From: Gammaproteobacteria bacterium
Lineage (GTDB): Bacteria > Pseudomonadota > Gammaproteobacteria > SZUA-140
NCBI GenBank assembly: GCA_015492435.1
Contig: WGFB01000051.1
Coordinates: 15,100 to 79,099 of the forward strand
DNA length: 64,000 nucleotides
Direction of reading: 5' to 3'
The position numbers and the translations under genes were made by a program. Numbering within the stretch: position 1 is the stretch's first letter; each line of letters starts with the position of its first letter. Below are positions 45,566-54,069 of this stretch, piece after piece. The notes beneath the pieces are model-generated. The model made no database searches. It was not told where the DNA came from and saw only the letters and a program-made list of their open reading frames with translations.

Positions 45566-46077
45566 CCGGCGCGCCCTTGCAGCACGCGGACCTTACGTCC
45601 CATGGCCACGCAGTAGCGCAAGGCGATGATGGCGAAACCCACCGGCAGGATGGCCTCGATCACCCAGGCGGGCAGTTTGCCGAAGGTCGTGACGCCCGCC
45701 TCGAAATCCAGCTCCACGAAACGGTAGCTGTAATAACTGACGACGGCGCATACCGCCACGGTGAAGAGGTCGGTGACAATATTGGCCAGTGCCTGAACCC
45801 GGGGCGGCATGAAACGCGACAGGATATCGATGGATATATGGTTCTCGTTGCGGCTCGCCACAATGGCGCCCAGCAGACCCACCCACAGCACCATGGCCCG
45901 CAGCAGGGAATCGCCCCACACCAGGCCGAGATCGAAATAATTGCGCAACAGGATCTGCAGGACGGCGATGGCGATCATGACCGTCAGCATGAGCACCAGC
46001 AGGGTGTCCTCCAGCAGGGCCGTGAGGCGCCCTATTCTGGCGGACCAGTGCGCAGGATTACCGTTTTCTGGCGGCAT
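45562..46077 (-). CDS. dctQ: TRAP transporter small permease (DctQ family)
   Basis: 171 aa, 4 TM segments, positioned between dctP and dctM. Confidence 0.8.
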   Translation of the reverse strand: MPPENGNPAHWSARIGRLTALLEDTLLVLMLTVMIAIAVLQILLRNYFDLGLVWGDSLLRAMVLWVGLLGAIVASRNENHISIDILSRFMPPRVQALANIVTDLFTVAVCAVVSYYSYRFVELDFEAGVTTFGKLPAWVIEAILPVGFAIIALRYCVAMGRKVRVLQGRAG

Positions 46078-47053
46078 CCAGGTTGGTCAGCAGCTTGTCC
46101 ACGATGGCCTGGGAGAAATAACCGTTGCCACGGGTTTCGATGAGCCGGTCCCTGATGGCGCTGTCCCAGCGCGCCTTCTCCTCCGCGCTGGGCCGAATGA
46201 ACTCGATCCCCTGTCCGGCCAGGGCATGGCGGGCCTGTTCATTCTCCTGGCGGTTGATTTCGTTGAGGCGCTCGAACACATCGGTCAGCGCGGCCCTGAC
46301 GATCTCCTGGTCGTCCGGCTTGATGCGCTCGAAGGTCTTGCGGTCGATGATGAGAATACCATAGAGGTACATGAGGGGCGTGTCCGTCACGTATTTCACC
46401 CGCGTATGCCATTGCAGGGCGATGGCGCCGATCGGCGAGGCGCCCACGGTGTCGATGAGCCCTGTCTGCAGGGCGGTCAGGACATCGGGCAAGGGGAGCG
46501 AAATGGGCGACACGCCCACCGCCTCGAAGGCCATCTGGCTGATGGCGTCTCCTTCCGGAACCCACACCTTGCGGTCATCGAGATCCGCGATGCCCGAGAT
46601 GGGCTTGTTGGACATCAGGTAGGCGAACCCCGCCTCCGCCAGGCCGAAGCTTACATATCCGCGCTCATAGAGCCCCTGCATGAGGTCACCGTCCATGCGG
46701 GCGCGCACGAAATCCACTTCGTCCGTGTTGCGGAAGGCGAAGGGAAGGCTGTAGATCTGGGAATCCGGGTAGATCTCCCCCAATCCGCCGCCGACCATGG
46801 CGCCGCCGTGCAACTGGCCGACGCGCATCTTGCGCAGCACGTTCTTGTCGTTGCCCATGACGCCGCCGGGATAGAAACGGAGCTTGACCCGGCCCGAGGT
46901 CTGCTGCTTGATATCCGCGGCCGCCTTGCGCAGTTCCTTCATCCATACCGTCCCGTCGGGCGAGATGGTGGCGATCTTCAGGGTCAGGGCCTGGGCCTGC
47001 GCCCCCGCGAGCACTATGGACAACGCCAGCAATAATCTCATCATGCCTCTCAT
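46058..47053 (-). CDS. dctP: TRAP transporter substrate-binding protein (DctP family)
   Basis: 331 aa, signal peptide MRGMMRLLLALSIVLAGAQAQA, DctP-family blocks (LRFYPGGVMGNDKNVLRKMRVGQLHG). Confidence 0.88.
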   Translation of the reverse strand: MRGMMRLLLALSIVLAGAQAQALTLKIATISPDGTVWMKELRKAAADIKQQTSGRVKLRFYPGGVMGNDKNVLRKMRVGQLHGGAMVGGGLGEIYPDSQIYSLPFAFRNTDEVDFVRARMDGDLMQGLYERGYVSFGLAEAGFAYLMSNKPISGIADLDDRKVWVPEGDAISQMAFEAVGVSPISLPLPDVLTALQTGLIDTVGASPIGAIALQWHTRVKYVTDTPLMYLYGILIIDRKTFERIKPDDQEIVRAALTDVFERLNEINRQENEQARHALAGQGIEFIRPSAEEKARWDSAIRDRLIETRGNGYFSQAIVDKLLTNLDAARKR

Positions 47054-47943
47054 TCCTCGAAATATTCCCCGGATTCTTCCAGCAAGATCCGCGCCTGTTT
47101 CTGGGCCACCACATTGGCCAGGGTCAGCCCTTCCTCCTCGGGATCGGCGACCAGCACCTCCTTGAGCAGCCGGTCATGAAGCTCGCGCTCGAACAGCAGG
47201 CGGGCGTAGGTGCGCGCGTATTCCACCTTGGCGATGAGATTTCTGCCCTGGCTCAGCTCGATGGCGTGCTCGAAGTGTTCCCGCCCCACCTCGGGCCGCC
47301 CCCCCAGCGCCGGGGGGAGCTGGGCGTTGATAATGCCCAGGTACACATGAGGCATGCCCCGCTCGAAATCGTCGTCGAGGGCGATGACGCGCTTCAGCAG
47401 GATCTCGACCCGGGGAAGATCGGCCAGATAGCGCCACTCGCCGCTGTTGACCTGTATCCACGAGGCCCAGGCGGTGGCATACGTGTAGAGGAGCTCGGCG
47501 CCCTCCCGGCCCCGCACGCCGTCCACCAGTTCCGCGAAACGTTCGAAGTCGCGGGCCTCCTCCGAGCAGAGCTTGCTCAGTTTGCGGCACACGGCCTGCT
47601 CCGCGTAGCGGTAGGCCTTCCCGGCATGCATGCGCGCATGGGCCTCGTCCGTGGCAAAGACCCCCGCGTAGGCGCTGTAGAGGCGCGAGCCGGCCATCAG
47701 CAGGGTGGCGTCGTGGGGCGTGTTCATGATCATCCCGTCCACCATCAGCAGATAGGCGGGCATGCCCGTCTCCACGATGGCGAGGTCGCTCTGGTTTTGG
47801 ATGCTGTTGGCGATCCCCTGGGTCAGGCCATGGGAGGCGAGACTGGCGCAGCCGCCCACATAGAGCAGCGTGATCAGGAGGAGCAGCTTGTGAATGAGAG
47901 AGGCGTGTTTCAATGAGCGGGTCATGATTGAAAGTCGTCGCAT
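47050..47943 (-). CDS. TatT-family TPR lipoprotein associated with TRAP transporters (TPAT system)
   Basis: 297 aa; lipobox LYVGGC; TPR-like helical repeats; the dctP start overlaps its stop as ATGA. The organisation matches Treponema TatT-TatP(QM). Confidence 0.7.
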   Translation of the reverse strand: MRRLSIMTRSLKHASLIHKLLLLITLLYVGGCASLASHGLTQGIANSIQNQSDLAIVETGMPAYLLMVDGMIMNTPHDATLLMAGSRLYSAYAGVFATDEAHARMHAGKAYRYAEQAVCRKLSKLCSEEARDFERFAELVDGVRGREGAELLYTYATAWASWIQVNSGEWRYLADLPRVEILLKRVIALDDDFERGMPHVYLGIINAQLPPALGGRPEVGREHFEHAIELSQGRNLIAKVEYARTYARLLFERELHDRLLKEVLVADPEEEGLTLANVVAQKQARILLEESGEYFEE

Positions 47944-47982
47944 AAACTATCGTTTTTTTACATGCGGGGCAAGTGCGGATGT

Positions 47983-49050
47983 TCAGGGCGCGGCGAAGCC
48001 GGTAATGGCGTCGCGCAAGGAATCGTCGAGAATGCGGCTTACCTGGTCCATGACCCGGCGCTGAGCCAGGAGCGGTTCGCGGCCGGCCTGTTTGATGTCC
48101 CAGTCCCTGACGCCACGCACCCTGCCCTGCGCGTCCCGCAGGCTGAGCGTCAGCGTGCCCTTCTTCCAGAACCAGCCTTCCCGGCGCCCGAGGTCATCCA
48201 GATCCAGGCGCACGGTCACTACATAGTCCGCCTCCTGTCCCGCGCGGGCAACCTTGAAGCCCGCGCGGGACAGGGCGGCGGACAGGCGGCGCGCCAGTTC
48301 CCCGGCATCCTCCTCTTCCGCCCTGGCCTCCAGGACAATCCTGTCCATGAGGGCATCCCGGTCGGCGGCGAGGCGCGCCAGCGGCCAGGGAGGTGGAATG
48401 CCGCGCCCGCCCCGGTCGATGACCCGCAACACGCTTTGCAGGTCGCGCCGCGCCTCCTGGGCCTCCACGGCGCGGCTGGCCGCCGCGATGGCGGCGAGGA
48501 CATCGCGGCTGGCGCGGGCGCGGTCGACCTCGCGTGCGGTCCTGGCATCGAGTTCGCGGATCTCGTCCCGCAACTGCCGCCGTGCGGGCGCGCGTTCGAG
48601 CACCGCCAGGGCGTGATATTCGCCCTCGTCCGGCGCGCGCCACACATCGGCGATCTCCACGCCGCGGATGACCTGGTGGGTGCGGGCCGTGATTTTGCGC
48701 GTGATGTCCGTCTCGGCGCCCGCCCCGTCCCGGGATGCGGACCCGGCGGATGCCTGGAAGCGCGTTTCGTCATTCAGCTCAGCCTCGATGCGCGCCTCCA
48801 GGGTCAGCGCCAGGGCGGCGCGCGCCCGGTTTTCCGCCTGCGAGCGCGTGGCTCCCGAACCCTGCCCCGTCAGGTATTGCGCAGCCGGCCACCCGGTGGC
48901 CTGGCCATCGACCCATTCAGGCCTGTCGCGCTGTTCCGGTGACGAAGCGCAACCCGTCAGCAACATATGGGCGAGCAACAGCCCCCAGGCAAGAACGGTT
49001 CTGAAAATCAATGTCGCCTCCCTTCGGCCGCCACCTGACCGCCGACCCAA
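47983..49050 (-). CDS. Lipoprotein with LPP20-like N-terminal domain and long Arg/Ala-rich coiled-coil C-terminus
   Basis: Lipobox LLTGC; YLTGQGSGATRSQAENRARAALALTLEARIEAEL resembles the LPP20 family. 355 aa; start uncertain (the track start overlaps the upstream gene by 43 nt). Confidence 0.55.
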   Translation of the reverse strand: MGRRSGGGRREATLIFRTVLAWGLLLAHMLLTGCASSPEQRDRPEWVDGQATGWPAAQYLTGQGSGATRSQAENRARAALALTLEARIEAELNDETRFQASAGSASRDGAGAETDITRKITARTHQVIRGVEIADVWRAPDEGEYHALAVLERAPARRQLRDEIRELDARTAREVDRARASRDVLAAIAAASRAVEAQEARRDLQSVLRVIDRGGRGIPPPWPLARLAADRDALMDRIVLEARAEEEDAGELARRLSAALSRAGFKVARAGQEADYVVTVRLDLDDLGRREGWFWKKGTLTLSLRDAQGRVRGVRDWDIKQAGREPLLAQRRVMDQVSRILDDSLRDAITGFAAP

Positions 49051-50309
49051 TGCAGTGAAATGAAATGCTTGTCCCCTTCCCCCAGGTCGAAGGCGTATTC
49101 CCTCTCGGCGACGGCCTTGCCGGACCTGTCCTTCAATTCAACACGAATTACATGGCTGCCAGGTTCCAGGGGCATGCGGGCGAGGAGAATGCGCCCCGGC
49201 AGGGTCGTCCACGCCCGCGTGTCGGCGCGCTCGCTCAGCACGCCGGCCATGTTGACGATGAATCCCAGGGCATCGTCCTGTTTCCGGGCCGCTTCCGTGG
49301 CCTCGTGCTTGAGTGCGGCGCGCGCGATGGCCCGCGCCAGCAGGACAGGCTTGCGCCGCTCCAGGGTGTATTGCGCGAGGGCGCCGACATCCTCGTACAT
49401 CTGGGTGGCGGCCGCCCCGCCATTTTCATACAGCCTGGCGGAGATCACTTGCGCCGCGCGGGGTACATAGTAGGGCATGGACAGCGTGACCAGCTCGCCA
49501 TCGGGGGTCAGGGCGCTGACGTTCTCCGAAAATTTCAATGGCGCAAGCCCGCTGTGCAGCAGAAAAACCAGTTCGCCGCGCGCCTTCCCGTCTTCTGGCG
49601 CCGGGGCGGCCTGGCCACCCCAGCGCCGCTCATAGTCGGCGTACTCCTCCGTCAGCCCCACGCGCCGCGTCAGGCGCAGCAGGTCGGATTTGAGCTGCGC
49701 GGGCATTGTGGCATGAAACGTCTCCGGATAGCGGGCATAGGCCTGGAAGGCCTTGCGGTAATCGATAAGGGCATCGTCCCATTCGCCCAGGGTTTCATAG
49801 ACCAGGCCCGAGAGATAGCGCGCGAAGGCCGTCCCCGGCAACGCCTTTTCCTCAAGCCCGTTCAGCAGCCCATCCATTTGCAGCACCTCCACCCTGGCAT
49901 CCGCGGGGCGCCCCAGCTCCAGGTAGTTGAGGGCCGCGTAGACATGGAGGAAAATGCGCTCGAAAGGCTCCCCCGTATAGCTGCGCATCATCTCGTTGAC
50001 GGTGAATGCGCCTCCCTGTTCGCTCACGCTGACGGCCATGAGCTGGTCGATGAGTGTCTTGGCCATCTCGAATGCGCGGTTGCTGTCCTCGAAGCGGCCC
50101 GCCATGCGCAACAGCATGGCGCGGTTGAGAAGATAGAGCACCCGGTCGCGCCGGCCATCCAGGTGCTTGTCGAGGATCTCCAGGGCCGCGTCCGGTTTCT
50201 CCGCGGCCATTTCCCGCTCCATCAGGCCCACCCAGTCACTGTAGGTGGCGCATGCGCCCAGCACGGTGAGCAGTGCGGCGGCGATGGCGGGCCGGTATTG
50301 CCATTTCAT
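49008..50309 (-). CDS. TPR-like helical lipoprotein (433 aa), uncharacterised conserved family
   Basis: Signal + lipobox AALLTVLGAC; helical repeat content; sits within a four-gene lipoprotein operon. Confidence 0.55.
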   Translation of the reverse strand: MKWQYRPAIAAALLTVLGACATYSDWVGLMEREMAAEKPDAALEILDKHLDGRRDRVLYLLNRAMLLRMAGRFEDSNRAFEMAKTLIDQLMAVSVSEQGGAFTVNEMMRSYTGEPFERIFLHVYAALNYLELGRPADARVEVLQMDGLLNGLEEKALPGTAFARYLSGLVYETLGEWDDALIDYRKAFQAYARYPETFHATMPAQLKSDLLRLTRRVGLTEEYADYERRWGGQAAPAPEDGKARGELVFLLHSGLAPLKFSENVSALTPDGELVTLSMPYYVPRAAQVISARLYENGGAAATQMYEDVGALAQYTLERRKPVLLARAIARAALKHEATEAARKQDDALGFIVNMAGVLSERADTRAWTTLPGRILLARMPLEPGSHVIRVELKDRSGKAVAEREYAFDLGEGDKHFISLHWVGGQVAAEGRRH

Positions 50310-50345
50310 CGCTTGGCGTTGACAGGAAAGGGCCGCGCCTTCCCG

Positions 50346-50948
50346 TCAGGGCCTGAGACTGGGTTTGGTGACGAATTTCTTGATCTTTTTCTGCCCCACC
50401 CAGACCTTGCGGTTGTCGGCGAGGCTGATGAGCGTCAGGTCCACCTGGTAGAAGCGCACCTGGCGCTTGCCCTCCTTGTCGATGATGGTGTTGATCTCGC
50501 CCTTGAGCATGAAATCGGCGCCGATTTCCTGGCCCATGGGCTTGCGCGTGTCCTCACGGGCGTGCAGATCCTGGTCCATGCGCTCGCCGCGTATTTCGCC
50601 CCGCTCCTCGCTGGAGGCGACAAAGGATACCTGGCCGGAGTTGATGAGGGCCCGCTCCATGTCGCGGACGAAGGTGTTGACGTTGATGTGCTCCTGGCTG
50701 AGATTGCGGATGCCGCCCACGATGACTGTCGGCAGCTTGCCATTCTGTTGCTCGAAGGCGCTGCGCCAGGGACGGGAGAGCACATCGGCGATCATCTCCT
50801 CCGAAACCAGGCGTGAATCCGTGTCGTTCCACTGGCCGCTGAGATCCTGTACTTCCTCCACCTCCATGCGTTCCACCTTGGTGGCGCAGGCGCCCAGAAC
50901 CATCGCGGCTGTCACCATCCATACCAGCATCATCATGCGCGCCATCAT
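50346..50948 (-). CDS. LpoB/COG3417-like lipoprotein
   Basis: Lipobox MVLGAC, then KLPTVIVGGIRNLSQEHINVNTFVRDMERALINSGQVSFV...RQVRFYQVDLTLISLADNRKVWVGQ. The layout resembles LpoB/HP1457-like proteins. Confidence 0.55.
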   Translation of the reverse strand: MMARMMMLVWMVTAAMVLGACATKVERMEVEEVQDLSGQWNDTDSRLVSEEMIADVLSRPWRSAFEQQNGKLPTVIVGGIRNLSQEHINVNTFVRDMERALINSGQVSFVASSEERGEIRGERMDQDLHAREDTRKPMGQEIGADFMLKGEINTIIDKEGKRQVRFYQVDLTLISLADNRKVWVGQKKIKKFVTKPSLRP

Positions 50949-51508
50949 TCGCCTCCTGCCGCCATTCTGTCAAAGATATTCTCGCCGTGGGTGGCCATAT
51001 GGTTGCGGAATCCCTCGTTCATGTCCTTGACGCCGTCGAGGGTTTTCCGCACCTGCTTCAGATCCAGCTCCGCCAGGGAGTACACGACGTTGGTCTTTTT
51101 GTCCCGCCAGCGCCCGATGATGCGGCTGCCGGCGAGATTGACCCGGGAAATGCTGTCGATCTGGCGCGTGATATCCTGTTCCGGCATGGTTTCACCCTTC
51201 ACCCCTGCGCGGGCGTAATCGCTGGAGACGACCTCCATGTACGAAGTCAGAACACGCGCCAGGGCTGCGCGGGCGCGGTTGTCCGCCGTGTCCGTCTGCA
51301 GGGAACGGTCGCCCATGGGCGGGGCGGAACCGACGCCGTGAAACAGGCGCCCCTTTTTGTTCTTGATAACCGCCGGGCCCTTGTTGACCCAGTCGGGCGC
51401 GCCCTTGATGTGCAGATTGCTCTCCACCCGGGTCTGCCCGGCGCAGCCCGCCAGCAGGACAAGGGCGGCGGCCATGGCCCAGGCGGCAGTGAGTTTTGTT
51501 GCTTGCAT
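50945..51508 (-). CDS. LPP20-family lipoprotein
   Basis: The start is taken at ATG 51508 (MQATKLTAAWAMAAALVLLAGCAG, lipobox LLAGC). HGVGSAPPMGDRSLQTDTADNRARAALARVLTSYMEVVSS matches the LPP20 signature. The track's N-terminal extension runs into the heptamer repeat (LVTCILSLV). Confidence 0.7.
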   Translation of the reverse strand: MQATKLTAAWAMAAALVLLAGCAGQTRVESNLHIKGAPDWVNKGPAVIKNKKGRLFHGVGSAPPMGDRSLQTDTADNRARAALARVLTSYMEVVSSDYARAGVKGETMPEQDITRQIDSISRVNLAGSRIIGRWRDKKTNVVYSLAELDLKQVRKTLDGVKDMNEGFRNHMATHGENIFDRMAAGGE

Positions 51509-51595
51509 ATCAGGTTCCCTCTGATGTTTCCGGTTCTGATGCGGGACCGGAGGACCGCCGGACGCGGATTGGGCCGGGCGCATCGCAGCCCAATG

Positions 51596-51696
51596 GGGCG
51601 CCGGGTACAAGATACTAGGTACAAGCGACAAGATGCAAGTTACAAGATGCAAGGCGCGAGGAATGGCAAGCTTTTGTATCTGATTTCTGGCGCCCC
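51596..51696. repeat. Heptamer-repeat element, degenerate copy i flanked by inverted GGGGCGCC/GGCGCCCC
   Basis: GGGTACAAGATACTAGGTACAAGCGACAAGATGCAAGTTACAAGATGCAAGG ... CTTTTGTATCTG. Confidence 0.55.
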
Positions 51697-51728
51697 GTCA
51701 CCCTCTCATGCCCGGCGCAGGGATTCTG

Positions 51729-53534
51729 CTAACCGCCGGCCTGGCACGGAGGTTCGCAATTGTCCCAGGCATAGATGGCATGCACGAGATTGCCCTCGTC
51801 ATTATAGGTCACTTCCCGGCACATGGACTGCACCAGGGCGATTCCCCTGCCACTGCTCGTGGTGTTGCCGGCGAGGGACGCCTGCCGGCCCTGATGATCG
51901 AACCCCCGGCCGCTGTCTTCCACCGTGATGTGCAATTCCCCGCCACATCCCTCCGGGAAATGCTCCAGGGCGATGCGGATCCAGCCGTTTTCCAGGGCAT
52001 CCAGTTTCTGCTTTCTCTGCGCGTAATATTCAACGAAGCCTTGGTGATCCCGTTTCAGGGCCGAGTCGAGGCCCAGCACGCCATGCTCCAGGGCATTGGA
52101 GAACAATTCCGCCAGAATGGTGAACAGGCGGTCGCGGTGTTTCTGCATGCCCTGCAGGTCCATCACCAGTTGGGTCAGCAGGGGACGCGGATCGGCTTCC
52201 TTGAGCGTATCGGCATCGAGGCGCATTTCCACTGCCCACTTGGTCGGCAGGCGCATGTTCCCAGAATCGGCGGCCGCCTCGCCGTTGTCCTGTTCCAGCA
52301 ATTCACGGGCGCAGGTGATCTCCACCAGGGTGGTGTCGTCGCTGATGGGGGCGTCCGCGACGAAAGACTCGAAATCCTCCCGGATGGCGTCGAAGCCTTT
52401 TCCTTCCCGGCCCTGCCTCAGGATGCTTTCGGCAAGGCGCCGCGCGCCGTACATCTCCCCCTGGGGGTTGCGCCCCTCCGTGATGCCGTCCGAGCATAGA
52501 TAGAGCCGATCCCCCGGCATGATGTCCACGTGAACCACCGAGGTGTTCAGGGCCTCTCCATCGACGATGCCCAGCGGCAGGGCGCAGGAACTGACGGTCT
52601 CCTTGACCGCCCGGCGCTTGCCGTCCAGCAGCAGCACATCGGGCATGCCGCCATTCCACACGGCAATCTGCTGCCGGTTGACTTCAAAATCAATAATGCT
52701 GGCCGCGCAGAAATTGCCCGTGGGGAGGAGGCGGCGCAGCTTGTTGTTGATCTCGATGAGGATGTCGCCGACCGTGTAGCCCTTGGCCGTCATGGAATAA
52801 AATATCTCCGAGGTGGGCACCGAGCCCACGGCGGCGGACAGCCCGTGCCCGGTCATGTCTCCGATCATGACGCGCATGCCGCCGGCAGGCTTGTGGGCGG
52901 CAAGCAGCAGGTCGCCGTTGAACAGGCCCATGGAGTTTTGCATGTAACGGATGGCGGGGGATTCCAGCGCCTCGGCATGCAGAAATTTCTCGAACAGGTG
53001 GCGGGCCGTCTGCTGCTCGGCCTGCTCCATCTGCTTATGCTCCTCCAGGGCCTGCCTCTGCTGCTCCAGCTTCCAGTACAGGGTGGAGATGCGCAGCATG
53101 GCGCGGATCTTCGCCGATATCAGCTTGAAATTGCAGATGACGCAGGACTTGCTGATGTAATCGTCGCCGCCATCCTCCAGGTAGCGTATCCTGGCGCCGA
53201 CATCCCCATCGGCCGTCATGAGCAGCACGGGCACGTAGCTGCCGGAGAACAGGCGCTTGATCAATCTTGTTGCGTCATGCCCGCCGATGATGGGCATGTC
53301 GTCGTCGACGATCACCAGGTCCGGCTGCTGCCAGTCGCAGGCTTCGATGACCCGGGCGCCGTTGTCCGTCATCCACACCGTGTATCCTTCCTCCGTCAGC
53401 AGCGCCGCCAGCTTGCGGCTGACCAAGGCATCGCTGCTGGCGATCAGTATGGTGTTGACGGCTTCATCGTGGCCATCTTCCCCTGTCTCATGATCCCGCA
53501 GGGTAATTGTTCCAGCCTTGATCATTCTCCACAT
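51729..53534 (-). CDS. Tri-domain partner-switching protein: CheY-like receiver + PP2C/SpoIIE-type Ser phosphatase + C-terminal RsbW-like anti-sigma kinase (HATPase_c) domain
   Basis: Receiver (ILIASSD...LVIVDDDMP...YISKS); PP2C metal-binding GDMTGHGLSAAV and ...CSDGITEG; C-terminal LFTILAELFSNALEHG...HITVEDSGRGF...GRGIALV, which is typical of RsbW/SpoIIAB kinases. 601 aa. Confidence 0.8.
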   Translation of the reverse strand: MWRMIKAGTITLRDHETGEDGHDEAVNTILIASSDALVSRKLAALLTEEGYTVWMTDNGARVIEACDWQQPDLVIVDDDMPIIGGHDATRLIKRLFSGSYVPVLLMTADGDVGARIRYLEDGGDDYISKSCVICNFKLISAKIRAMLRISTLYWKLEQQRQALEEHKQMEQAEQQTARHLFEKFLHAEALESPAIRYMQNSMGLFNGDLLLAAHKPAGGMRVMIGDMTGHGLSAAVGSVPTSEIFYSMTAKGYTVGDILIEINNKLRRLLPTGNFCAASIIDFEVNRQQIAVWNGGMPDVLLLDGKRRAVKETVSSCALPLGIVDGEALNTSVVHVDIMPGDRLYLCSDGITEGRNPQGEMYGARRLAESILRQGREGKGFDAIREDFESFVADAPISDDTTLVEITCARELLEQDNGEAAADSGNMRLPTKWAVEMRLDADTLKEADPRPLLTQLVMDLQGMQKHRDRLFTILAELFSNALEHGVLGLDSALKRDHQGFVEYYAQRKQKLDALENGWIRIALEHFPEGCGGELHITVEDSGRGFDHQGRQASLAGNTTSSGRGIALVQSMCREVTYNDEGNLVHAIYAWDNCEPPCQAGG

Positions 53535-53709
53535 ATCCTCCCGCTTCTGGCGGTCACGCCCCTGACCGGCCGCCTGCTTTCCATGGCCTGCGTTGACCTG
53601 TGTTTTGAGAAGAGTTCACCCGGCATGGCGAAAATGCAACCTGGGCGGAGCACAGAAAACCCGGTGATGGTGTCCGTTGGTTGCCGGATTGATATCGCAA
53701 CTATCCGTT

Positions 53710-54015
53710 TCAATGAATCCTGAACAATTGATTGAAGTGTGCGATTTCCAGGATTTGCCTGATCTCAGGCCGGCATTGCACGATATCGATGTTGGCATTG
53801 TCGTTACCCGCCTGCTCGCGCAGCAGCAGCAACATGCCCAGTGCGGAGCTGTCCATGTACTCCGCGCCCGACATGTCGATGATGTACTTGGCGCCCGGAT
53901 GCTTGATGGATTCGTAGTGCTGGCGGAACTCCTCGTGGGAGTTGAAATCGAAACGCCCCTTGATGTAAATGGTGATTTCCCTGCCATCCTCGGAAATGCG
54001 GGATGTGATGGACAT
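53710..54015 (-). CDS. STAS-domain anti-sigma-factor antagonist (SpoIIAA/RsbV-like)
   Basis: 101 aa; ...IDMSGAEYMDSSALGMLLLLREQA... with the conserved phosphorylatable Ser (DSSALG). Confidence 0.85.
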   Translation of the reverse strand: MSITSRISEDGREITIYIKGRFDFNSHEEFRQHYESIKHPGAKYIIDMSGAEYMDSSALGMLLLLREQAGNDNANIDIVQCRPEIRQILEIAHFNQLFRIH

Positions 54016-54069
54016 GCCTACCTCCTGTTCTGTTCAAATGCACGGCGGCGCCATGCTGACCATGATGCC

